DNA of 64,000 nt from Phyllobates terribilis. Taxonomy: Eukaryota. Under the pieces are notes generated by a model. It was not told the DNA's origin, ran no database searches, and worked only from the letters and a program-made list of their open reading frames with translations. A program made the translations under genes and the position numbers. The stretch is taken from the NCBI RefSeq assembly GCF_046119375.1, contig NW_027362770.1:139376001-139440000 (forward strand), given 5' to 3'. Below, piece after piece: positions 20,560 to 30,581 of this stretch; the stretch's first letter is position 1, and the number at the start of each line of letters is the position of its first letter.

Positions 20560-22695
20560 ATGTCCCAGGGGGCGCGTCAACTTTGGCGTAGTCGGCAGGA
20601 TTACGTGCCCGCAACACCCGGGTACTGCGTGCCTGAAGAAAAGTGCAAGTTTACCTCAGAAAGAAGTCTCCCGCCGGTTCCGGAGGGTCCACGCCATCGG
20701 ACTCCATCACCAGTCGTTTCCCGCCGATTGTCCGCCATTTCCAGCTTGTTCCCGCCATCTGCCGAGTTTCCCGCCACTGGGAAGCGATTCCCGCCAAAAC
20801 CGCAGATTTCCCGCCTTGGAAGAGCAGCGGACGCCATTATGGGCGTGCCAAAGGAGAGCAAGAGGCAACCTCCCATCGTGGGCCAGGACAGAAAATGGCG
20901 CCAAAAGTGGAAACCGCCCCCACCAACAGAGACTGTGATGCTGGAGGTGTCTGTCAGCGTGAAAGAACTCCCCCTGGAGCTGACAGTCACCGAGTTGCCC
21001 CGGGACCGCCCTCGAAGTGGGAGGAGACGAAAGAAAGGAGAGAAGATGGGTGTCGCCTGGAGCAGTGTAGAACGAGCGCACCCGGAGGCAAGAGGTCTAA
21101 TGAGGAGTAGCGGAGAAGCTCACCCGGAGTTGAGGAGAGAAAGAGTGGACCCGGGAATGGAGCGGCAGCAGAGCAGCACCGGCCCGCTGGCCAGGAGCCT
21201 GCTGGAGGAAGAAGGAGGAGAGCAGAGCAGCACCGGCCCGCTGGCCAGGAGCCTGCCGGAAGCAGAGCAGAGCAGCACCGACCCGATGGTCAGGAGCCTG
21301 CTGGAGTCAACAACCCCGCTAGGCTTAGCGGAGATCCTGGCGCAGCTTCCCCGAGATCGGGAGTGCGCGCGGAGTGCCCTGGAGGGCCTCGCGGGAAGGA
21401 TGGCCCGAGTGCAGAGGGAGATCCTGGCGGAGTGGGGCCGGGAGATGGCCCAGCAAGCTGGAACCTGTCCACCTAACCCGCTCCCTTGGAAGAAGACATC
21501 GACTGCCTCTGCGGATGACGCGGGAGGACCCAAGGCCGGAGACGGCGCAGAAGAGGGAGCGAGACGCATGGCAGCAGGTAAGGGGGATGCCTATACCCCA
21601 TACCGGAAGACCGCTTACCTGCCCCAGCTCCCCGTCGCAGAGCCCGAAGGTCCCCCGGCCGTACCCGAGACCGCCATGACACCGCCACCGACTAGGCCCC
21701 GACCGGAAGCCGCCGTCGCGACCCCGATGACGTCACGCATCGTGACCCGGAGCGTGGCGCCGGAAGAGGAGCCTCCGGCCTGGTCACAGGGCCTAGCATT
21801 TCCGGGCGCCGCATCCAAAGCAGAGCCATCTACCTCCGCGGAGCCTCCGGCCTGGTCGCAAGGCCAGGTAACCCAGGGCGCCGCCGTCCTAACGGTGCCC
21901 TTCACCTTCCAGGTGCCCCAGGCCTGGCCGCAAGGCCTGGGCAACCCGGGCGCCACCACCACCGCGCCCGCGCCCGTAATACCTAGGGTGCCACATCTGG
22001 GAGAGGACCCCTTCAGCCAGCTAACGTGGCCGGACGGTCGGCCTTTCATCTGGCCCGAAGGATTCTTGGAGCTGGAGCGGCAGAAGCAACTAGGTCCCCT
22101 GTGTGAGCCCCTAATCCCGGCTCCGAAGCCCGTGACTCGGGTCTCGCCTCCACTCGAGGAAGCCCAGTTCGTGTGGGACCCCACGGGAGAAGATTTGATG
22201 GGGTTCACCGGAGAGACTCGGGCAGCTGCAGCAGCGCGCACAGAGTGTTGCCGTCAACAGCTGGCAGAGTTCAAGAGAGAGCGGGAGGAGAGGCAGGCCA
22301 AAGAGCAATGGGCCCAGACCCGCAGCGCGGAGCAAAAGAGTCGGACCAGAAGGGACCCCCGTGCAGCAGATCGTCCCCGTACCATCGGGACGGTAATAAA
22401 GTTTAATGCGCAGCATGGGTGGGGCTTCATAAGGGACCGGAACACCATGGGTGACGTCTTCGTTACACGACGGGACGTCGAGTCCCACCTGCCAGAGGGT
22501 CACAAAGGCCGTGACCTCTACGTCGGTGACGAGGTAACGTTCACCCGGCACAAGTGTGCCAAGGGACCTTACGCCCTCCACGTGCATCGCTTGACGGAGG
22601 AGGAGTTGCGGTGCGAGGAGGAGGAGCAAGAGGACCCGGACGGGTCTGAAGAAACCACCAGCCGTAAGATAAGAGCAGGAGGCAGACGCCGTTGA
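20560..22695 (+). CDS. Uncharacterised protein: low-complexity N-terminus, coiled coil and C-terminal cold-shock domain (711 aa from the LTR ATG; 618 aa from the Kozak ATG at 20839)
   Basis: 22381-22593 encodes TIGTVIKFNAQHGWGFIRDRNTMGDVFVTRRDVE...LYVGDEVTFTRHKCAKGPYALHVHRL, which fits the CSD pattern (G-x-V-K-x-F, RNP1 xGxGFI, RNP2 DVFV, GD-x-V-x-F, KGP-x-A-x-x-V). The ORF is uninterrupted. Confidence 0.88.
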   Translation: MSQGARQLWRSRQDYVPATPGYCVPEEKCKFTSERSLPPVPEGPRHRTPSPVVSRRLSAISSLFPPSAEFPATGKRFPPKPQISRLGRAADAIMGVPKESKRQPPIVGQDRKWRQKWKPPPPTETVMLEVSVSVKELPLELTVTELPRDRPRSGRRRKKGEKMGVAWSSVERAHPEARGLMRSSGEAHPELRRERVDPGMERQQSSTGPLARSLLEEEGGEQSSTGPLARSLPEAEQSSTDPMVRSLLESTTPLGLAEILAQLPRDRECARSALEGLAGRMARVQREILAEWGREMAQQAGTCPPNPLPWKKTSTASADDAGGPKAGDGAEEGARRMAAGKGDAYTPYRKTAYLPQLPVAEPEGPPAVPETAMTPPPTRPRPEAAVATPMTSRIVTRSVAPEEEPPAWSQGLAFPGAASKAEPSTSAEPPAWSQGQVTQGAAVLTVPFTFQVPQAWPQGLGNPGATTTAPAPVIPRVPHLGEDPFSQLTWPDGRPFIWPEGFLELERQKQLGPLCEPLIPAPKPVTRVSPPLEEAQFVWDPTGEDLMGFTGETRAAAAARTECCRQQLAEFKREREERQAKEQWAQTRSAEQKSRTRRDPRAADRPRTIGTVIKFNAQHGWGFIRDRNTMGDVFVTRRDVESHLPEGHKGRDLYVGDEVTFTRHKCAKGPYALHVHRLTEEELRCEEEEQEDPDGSEETTSRKIRAGGRRR
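20584..20602 (+). promoter_or_regulatory. Primer-binding site for tRNA-Ser (AGA/TGA type)
   Basis: TGGCGTAGTCGGCAGGATT is the reverse complement of the vertebrate tRNA-Ser 3' end AATCCTGCCGACTACG-CCA (from memory); 4 nt after the LTR. Confidence 0.88.
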
Positions 22696-25600
22696 GTGCG
22701 GCAGAGCAGGAGACTGTATATAGTTGCCTGTCGGGGCACAGTGAATCGAAACTGAAACTGGAACTGTTGTTGCTGCTAAAATAGTCCCCGTTGGGACCAG
22801 CGAACTGTTACCTGTAACCCTTTCCATACCAGGCTGAGGACTGTGAGCAGCCATCCCTTTCCCTTTACCTGGCCGGGGACTGAGAACGGCCAAAGTTTCC
22901 CTGTACATAGTTGCGCTTGCTAAAGCGCCCCCTACCGGTTTTATTTGGGAAACTGTTTTACAAAAGACTGTCGCACTCTACCTGGTCACGAGTTGCACGG
23001 TGACCAGAGGAACAGAAGAGAGAAAGAGACGACGAGAATGTTGTTTACCTGAAAAAGTTTATATATATATTTATATAGTATTTCGTATAATATTTAATAT
23101 GTTTTACATGTTTATAAAAATGTTGTATGTTTTGGTGTTTTTTGTCTTTGCAGCCCGAGGACGTGCTGTGATTTACCAGGGGGGAATGTAGCACCCTGAG
23201 GATTCGGCTGCTACAGGAGTATTGCACCTCAACCCAGAGGTGTGATATTCCACTCCCGGGTAAGGAAGGAGTGTGGAACTGAGCTCAGATAGACTGCATG
23301 CACTACATACATCCCATTCCAGAGGAGCAGGCCGACGGCACTCCCACTTAGAAATGTGCAGGTGCGACCGAGCCTGTTCCTGGCTGGAGTGGGAGGGGGG
23401 AGGAACATCCCATGTAGTGTAGGGGCAGATAGGGGGAGCAGTCTGGGTAGTGTTAGGAGCTCATTGGGTGCTGGTCACCTGAGCTCACACATAGAGGGTG
23501 TATATAAGGTGGGCACCATCAAAGATCAGGGTCAGACGCAGAGGACAAGTCAGATGCAGAGAGTCAGAAGGAGAGAACAAGTCTTCTGCAGAGGAAGTCA
23601 GCCTGCAGCAAGGGAGCAGAGCAGACCTGAGCCTGAAGAGTGAGAGAGTGGAGTGCAGAAAGACCCAGAGGGGGACAAAGAAGGGACCCAAGAACCCAAA
23701 TCAGATCACCGGGTGAGGAGTCAGCAGAAGGGTACCGGAACCCAAGCTGGTGGGGGCAAAGACATTCCCCAGCCAGAGACCGGAGACCGTGGGCAGTGTC
23801 TGTCACGGTCACCCACTACATTCACCCTGAAGGCACACCACATGGAGGGTCAGGGAACCTTAGGCCAAAGGTTGCCCAACAGAAGGCCCGAGGGAGCTGG
23901 ATTTAGGTGAATCACTGGTGGGGACGGCTGAAGTAAGGACAGAGGGAGAGCTCAGGGCCACGCTCCGGACTTGTTTGGGGGTTGGCCGGATCCAGGACCT
24001 GGTGGACGCAGCACGGCTCGGGAGGTCACTTGGAGCTAGAGTGACCAGGAACATCTGCAGTAAGTAAAGACCCTTAACTGCACAACCCGAGTCTGTCATC
24101 ATTACCGGCTGCACCGCACCACCACAACCCCCATCCTCTGCGCCTGTCCCCTCTGAGGCTATACCCCTCCCGTTGGGGGTTATCCCACCAAGCTGCGCAC
24201 CTACCATCAGCCTCAGCGGACCCTGCAGCAGCGGCGGCCACAGTGACCGCATCACAACGGGTGGCGTAGTCGACAAAACGAACTTTAATAACATCAGTAA
24301 AGACTGCCACATAACACTGAGCTTGACGCCCTGGGCACGGGACCGGGTCACAGCCGCTCGGAGACTACAACCCCCCATCTGATCCGGTGCCGGGTATTCC
24401 CCTCAAAAAGGAATATGTCCCAGGGGGCGCGTCATACGCACAGCACGACGAGGGAAGTTATGATCTGCAGTGTAACTTGGAAACTGATAACCGTGAGTAA
24501 AGACCCTGGGACTGCATCACCTTGTCTCCGTGTTTCTTACCGCGCCAACACTCACTGTACTGGGACGCCCCGCACAACCACCATCATTCACCTGCGCTGC
24601 CCTGAAGCTACACTCTTCCTGTGGGGAGTTATACTACACTTGCTGCACATACCACCAGCTTCAGTGGACTGCTCCGCAGCGGCGGTTCTCCATAACCGCA
24701 ATCCACAGGTGGCGTAGTCGGACTATATAACCTATACACATAGACTGCCACTGGTTTGACCGCCCTGGGTCACGGACCTGGTCGCCGCCACGGTGACTAC
24801 TACCCCCAGCATCTACAAGGCCCCGCTCCAGGTGCCCCCCCACGGCCCAGGGGGCGCGTCAGGTACGTCATAGGTCGGTTGCTTCCCCCTGTTTGGTGCG
24901 GGCTCTGGCGATGAGCCTGCATCTTTTCCGGCACATGATCTGATCAACTGTCATGAGCCCCTAACAGCCGCGGATGGAATCACGATCCACCCGTCACTGT
25001 TAGCATGTTAAATGCCGCTGTCAATCTCTGACAGTGGTATTTAACATAGATAAATGTAACCTTCAGCACTCATAAAAGTACAAAAGTTGATGCATGAAGT
25101 GAAAATTTTATTCACAGCCGACACAAAAGTAAACAGATCAAATCCAACGTTTTGGCATATTATTGCCTTTATCAATGTTATCTGTGTCAATATAAGACAT
25201 AACAAAAGATATAATGACAAAATTTTAAAAGACAGATCAAAATAACAAAACAAAAAATCTATATATATAATCGTCTTATCCTGTCTGTCTGTCTGTCTGT
25301 CTGTCCAGGAAATCCCGCGTCGCTCATTGGTCCGGCCGCGGCCAATCAGCGACGCGGGATTTGAGAAAAAGATGGCGGCCGTTAGCGGCTCATCTGCAGG
25401 ACGGAGGTCAGCGGCGATACAACAGGGAGATGACCGGCGCGAGGCGCTCATCTCCCGGCCGCTAGCAGCAGAAGGACCCTGACCGGAGGCGCCACTGACC
25501 TCCATGCGGCTAGGGTGTCAAGGGAGGACCGGGGAGTTGCGTTGCCGGTCGGGATACTTCTGCTGCAAGCAGCCGCTCATCTCCCAGCTTCTCGCAGCGG

Positions 25601-26749
25601 AAGTAGCCGCACAGGCAGTGCCGCTCCCTAGTCCTCACCAATACGATTCGCTGATTGGCGCAAAATTTAAACACCGCTGTGCTGATTGGTCGCGGGCAGC
25701 GGCCGCGACCAATCAGCGATTTTGGTGCCACATTTAAACAGCGGCCACGACCAATCAGCGATCTTGGCGCCACATTTAAACACTGCTGTGCTGATTGGTC
25801 GCGGTCGCCGGCCGCGACCAATCAGCATTATTGGCGCCAAATTTAAACAACGCTCTGCTGATTGGTCCCGGTCGCTGGCCGCGACCAATCAGCATTATTG
25901 GCGCCAAATTTAAACACCCCTCTGCTGATTGGTCGCGACCACCGGCCGCGAACAATCTGCATTATTGGCGCCAAATTTAACCCTTTAACCCCCGAGGGTG
26001 GTTTGCACGTTAATGACCAGGCCAATTTTTACAATTCTGACCACTGTCATTTTATGAGGTAATTACTCTGGAACTCTTCAATGGATCCCCCTGATTCTGA
26101 GAATGTTTTTTCGTGACATATTGTACTTCATGATTGTGGTAAAATTTCTTCGATATCTCTTGCGTTTATTTGTCAAAAAAATGGAAATTTGGCGAAAATT
26201 TTGAAAATTTTGCAATTTTCAAACTTTGAATTTTTATGCCCTTAAATCAGAGAGATATGTCACACAAAATAGTTAATAAATAACATTTCCCACATGTCTA
26301 CTTTACATCAGCATAATTTTGGAACCAAAATTTTTTTTTGTTAGAGAGCTAAAAGGGTTAAAAGTTGACCAGCGATTTCTCATTTTTCCAACAAAATTTA
26401 CAAAACCATTTTTTTAGGGACCACATCACATTTGAAGTCACTTTGAGAGGTCTTTATGACAGAAAATACCCAAAAGTGACACCATTCTAAAAACTTCACC
26501 CCTCAAGGTGCTCAAAACCACATTCAAGAACTTTATTAACCCTTCAGGTGCTTCACAGGAATTTTTGGAATGTGGAAGAAAAAAATGAACATTTAACTTT
26601 TTTCACAAAAATGTTACTTTAGACCCAATTTTTTTTATTTTCACAGGGGTTACAAGAAAAAATGGACCACAAAATTTGTTGTGCAATTTCCCCTGGGCAC
26701 GCAGATGCCCCATATGTGGGTAAAAAACACTGTTTGGGCACACGGCAGG

Positions 26750-28060
26750 GCTCGGAAGGGAAGGAGCGCCATTTGACTTTTTGATTGTAAAATTTGCTTG
26801 AATAATTAGCGGACGCCATGTTGCGTTTGGAGAGCCCCTGATGTGCCTAAACATTGGAGCTCCCCCACAAGTGACCCCATTTTGGAAACTAGACCCCCCA
26901 AGGCACCTATCTAGATGCATAGTGAGCACTTGGAACCCCCAGGTGCTTCACAAATTGATTCGTAAAAATGAAAAAGTGTTTTTTTTTTCACTTTTTCATT
27001 TTTACAAATCAATTTGTGAAGCACCTAGGGGTTCCAAGTGATCAACTATGCATCTAGATAGGTGCCTTGGGGGGTATAGTTTCCAAAATGGGGTCACTTG
27101 TGGGGGAGCTCCAATGTTTGGGCACACAGGGACTCTCCAAATGCAACATGGTGTCCGTTAACAAATTGAATGGAAAATCGGCTCAAATTGTTAGCGGACA
27201 CCATGTTGCGTTTGGAGAGCCCCTGTGTGCCCAAACATTGGAGCTCCCCCACAAGTGACCCCATTTTGGAAACTAGACCCCCCAAGGCACCTATCTAGAT
27301 GCATAGTGAGCACTTGGAACCCCCAGGTGCTTCACAAATTGATTTGTAAAAATGAAAAAGTGAAAAGAAAAACACTTTTTCATTTTTACGAATCAATTTG
27401 TGAAGCACATGGGGGTTCCAAGTGCTCACTATGCATCTAGATAGGTGCCTTGGGGGGTCTAGTTTCCAAAATGGGGTCACTTGTGGAGGAGCTCCAATGT
27501 TTGGGCACACATCGACTCTCCAAATGCAACATGGTGTCCGCTAACAAATTGAACGGCTCAAATTGTTAGCGGACACCATGTTGCGTTTGGAGAGCCCCTG
27601 TGTGCCCAAACATTGGAGCTCCCCCACAAGTGACCCCATTTTGGAAACTAGACCCCCCAAGGCACCTATCTAGATGCATAATGAGCACTTGGAACCCCCA
27701 GGTGCTTCACAAATTGATTCATAAAAATGAAAAAGTGTTTTTTTTTTCACTTTTTCATTTTTACGAATCAATTTGTGAAGCACCTGGGGGTTCCAAGTGC
27801 TCACTATGCATCTAGATAGGTGCCTTGGGGGAGTCTAGTTTCCAAAATGGGGTCACTTGTGGGGGAGCTCCAATGTTTGGGCACACAGGGGCTCTCCAAA
27901 CGCAACATGGTGTCCGCTAACAATTTGAGCCGATTTTCCATTCAATTTGTTAGCGGACACCATGTTGCATTTGGAGAGTCCCTGTGTGCCCAAACATTGG
28001 AGCTCCCCCACAAGTGACCCCATTTTGGAAACTATACCCATCAAGGATTTTATTAAGATG
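26750..28060. repeat. About 185-bp units in alternating inverted orientation (about 7 units)
   Basis: CAAGTGACCCCATTTTGGAAACTAGACCCC alternates with its reverse complement; near-identical peptides appear on opposite strands of the ORF track (e.g. 27225+, 27295-, 27600+). Confidence 0.9.
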
Positions 28061-28137
28061 TATAGTGAACATTTTGAACCCAGAGGTACGACACAGAATT
28101 TGATAACATTAGGTCATCATATTGAATAAGTTGTCAT

Positions 28138-28438
28138 TAGTCTTGAGCGCAAGTGCTCGCCACTTGAGTTTGCATCGGGTACTCAGGTATGCACCATGTA
28201 CTGCGTGTGCTCGAGTGACATGCTCGAGTCCCTGCCCCGCATGTTTCACGGTTATTAGACACCCAAAAAAAAACATGCGGGGATCGCTCGTGCATGGCAG
28301 GCAATCCCCGCAAAGTTTTTTTGGCCGCGAAGCATATGGGGCGGAGACTCGAGCATGTCACTCAAATACCCACGATACTCAATGCATACCAGAGCACTCG
28401 ATGCAAACTCAAGTAGCGAGCACTTGCGCTCAACACTA
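28138..28438. mobile_element. 301-bp hAT-type MITE
   Basis: TIRs TAGTCTTGAGCG / CGCTCAACACTA; 8-bp TSD GTTGTCAT / GTCGCCAT (6/8); largely palindromic body. Confidence 0.85.
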
Positions 28439-30581
28439 GTCGCCATATCGTCATCTTTTTTTCTTACTTTTGAAAAAAATCCCAACCCCATCACAACCCT
28501 AACCCCAAACCCAGCCCTGACCCTAGCCCTAACCCTAGCCCAACCCTAACCCGAGAGTTTATTTTTTACGCCGTTCCTCGTGCGGCATAAGTGATTAGAC
28601 GACTTTATTCTTTGGGTCTGTGCGATTACAGTGATACCAGAATCATATGGAGTTTTTATGATTGACAGCTGTCACACACTAAAAGACGCATTTTTTGCAA
28701 AATCTAGTTTTTGCATCGCCATATTTTGAGAGCTATAAATTTTCCAGATTTTGGCAGACTGTCATGTGATGGGTTGTTTTTTGCAGGATGAGTTGACGTT
28801 GTTATTGGTGCCATTTTCAGGCACGTGACATTTTTTGATCGCTTTCTATTCCGATTTTTGGGAGGCAGAATAAACAAAAACCAACAATTCAGGAATAGTT
28901 TTTTTTGTTTTTTTTTATTCTGTTCTGCGTGTGGTAAAATTGATAAGGCAGCTTTATTCTTCAGGTCAGTATGTTTACAGCGGTACCACATTTATATCGT
29001 TTTTCTATGTTTTGCACTTTTACATAATTAAAGCAATTTTATAGAAAAAAATATTTTTTTGCATTGCTTTATTCTGAGAGCTATAACTTTTTTATTTTTC
29101 GGCTGATGGAGCTGTATGGCGGCTTGTTTTTTGTGGGACGAGATGACATTTTCAGCGGTACCATTTTTATTTATATTCGTCTTTTTGATCGCGTGTTATT
29201 CCATTTTTTGTTTGGCAGTATGATGATAAAGTATTGTTTTTTGCTTCGTTTTTTATTTTATTTTTTTACCGTGTTCACTGAAGGGGTTAACTAGTGGGAC
29301 AGTTTTATAGGTCAGGTTGTTTCGGACGCGGCGATACCAAATATGTGTACTTTTATTGTTTTTTTTGTTTGTTTTTTTATAATAATATTTATTGATGGGT
29401 ACATTATATTTTTATTTTTGGTGGATTATTTTTTTTATTTATTTTTTATATTTTTACAATTTTTTTTTTTTTTTTTCACTTTCTGACAGTTTTTACACTT
29501 TTTTACTCTGTCCCACTCTGGGACTTTCACTTTTTTTATTCTGATCGCCTGCACAGCATAGGGTAGGGAGCACCATCCCTGTGCTGTGCAGGCTGTCAGC
29601 GCTGGACAGGGAGAAGATAGTTTGGAGATGCACTGCGCATGGCCAAACAATCTTCCTGTTGTCTGGTGACCCGGATGTTGTCATGACGACATGGGGTCGT
29701 CATGGCAACATTCTGGAAGCCACGGCAGACAGCGCTGGAGGCCGGAAGAGGAGGTGAGTATCTGAGATCACCTCCCCTTGCCACCGCAATGCTGCGATCG
29801 ACTTCGATCGCAGCATTGCGGGGGTTAATGTGCTGGGAGCGGTGCATGACCGCTCCCTGCACATAGTACCGGGTGTCAGCTGTGACAATCAGCTGACACC
29901 CGGCGGCGATCGCGCCCGCACAGCCTGTGTGCGCGCTCGATCGCGATGACGTACTAATACGGGTCTGGCTCTTAAGTCCCAGGGCACAGACGCGTATTAG
30001 TACGTCTAATGTTGTTAAGGGGTTAAACACCGCTCTGCTGATTGGTCGCGACCGCCAGCCGGGATCAATCAGCTATATTGTCGCCAAATTTAAACACCGC
30101 TCTGCTGATCGGTCGTGACCGCCAGCCGCGACCAATCAGCGATATTGGGGCCACATTTTAACACCGTTTTGCTGAGTGGTCCCGGTCGCGACTAATCAGC
30201 GATTTTATCGCCAAATTTAAACAAGCTCTTCGGTCCTCACTAACACAGTTCGCTGATTGGTCACGGCCGCCACCCGCGACCAATCACCGGTATTGCCGCC
30301 AAATTTAAACACCATTTTGCTGATTGGTCGCAGTTACCGGCCGCGGCCAATCAGCGATTTTGGCGCCAAATTTAAACAACGTTCTGCTGATTGCGCCCGG
30401 TCGGCCACATACATATTCTAGAATACCCGATGCGTTAGAATCGGGCCACCATCTAGTACATGTATATAATGGTATACATATACTGTACATATAAACATAT
30501 ATGCATATACAGACTTTCATAGGTAGTCATAAAATATATCTATTAGTCAAATGGAAAAATAGAAACATTTGCGCGTGTGAA

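Larger units (their letters stand above)
19332..24434 (+). mobile_element. Non-autonomous LTR element 'B' encoding a cold-shock-domain protein
   Basis: LTRs 19332-20579 and 23187-24434 (both 1248 bp, no difference seen, identical ORF-track translations); TSD TACG; tRNA-Ser PBS 20584-20602; PPT AGGGGGGAA before 23187; no gag or pol. Confidence 0.95.
18517..24861 (+). mobile_element. Solo LTR 'A' (about 1.24 kb) of the tRNA-Ser Gypsy lineage, interrupted by element B
   Basis: TGTAGCGCCCCTGAGGG start, ...GGGGGCGCGTCA end; TSD GGTA at 18513-18516 / 24862-24865; TATAAAA at about 18788; AGTAAAGACCC at about 24496. Confidence 0.85.
25981..30022. mobile_element. 4-kb TTAA-flanked (piggyBac-like) non-autonomous DNA transposon inside H1
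   Basis: TTAA|CCCTTTAACCCC ... TTAAGGGG|TTAA; removal restores the CCAAATTTAAACACC unit; no transposase ORF. Confidence 0.85.
25650..30400. repeat. About 60-bp palindromic repeat units of H1 (25650-25980 and 30027-30400)
   Basis: Unit CCAAATTTAAACACCGCTCTGCTGATTGGTCGCG-N-CGCGACCAATCAGC; about 12 copies, split by the TTAA element. Confidence 0.85.
25258..30456 (+). mobile_element. Non-autonomous Helitron H1
   Basis: A|TC start; CTAG|T end; subterminal hairpin CCCGAT...ATCGGG at 30426-30445. Removing it restores the PLE arm. Confidence 0.88.

Noticed and set aside
20584-20602. tRNA-Ser gene fragments (also 55431 and 63368)
   Set aside because: Only the 3'-end complement including CCA, directly after an LTR: these are PBSs, not tRNA genes.
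22111-22908. 265-aa antisense ORF over the CSD region (similar at 56037-56822)
   Set aside because: Probably the stop-poor shadow of a GC-rich coding strand; the peptides in B and C show no convincing independent conservation.
25650-30400. CRISPR-like regularly spaced palindromic repeats (also the 36-bp array at 2953)
   Set aside because: No unique spacers, no cas genes, eukaryotic TE context.
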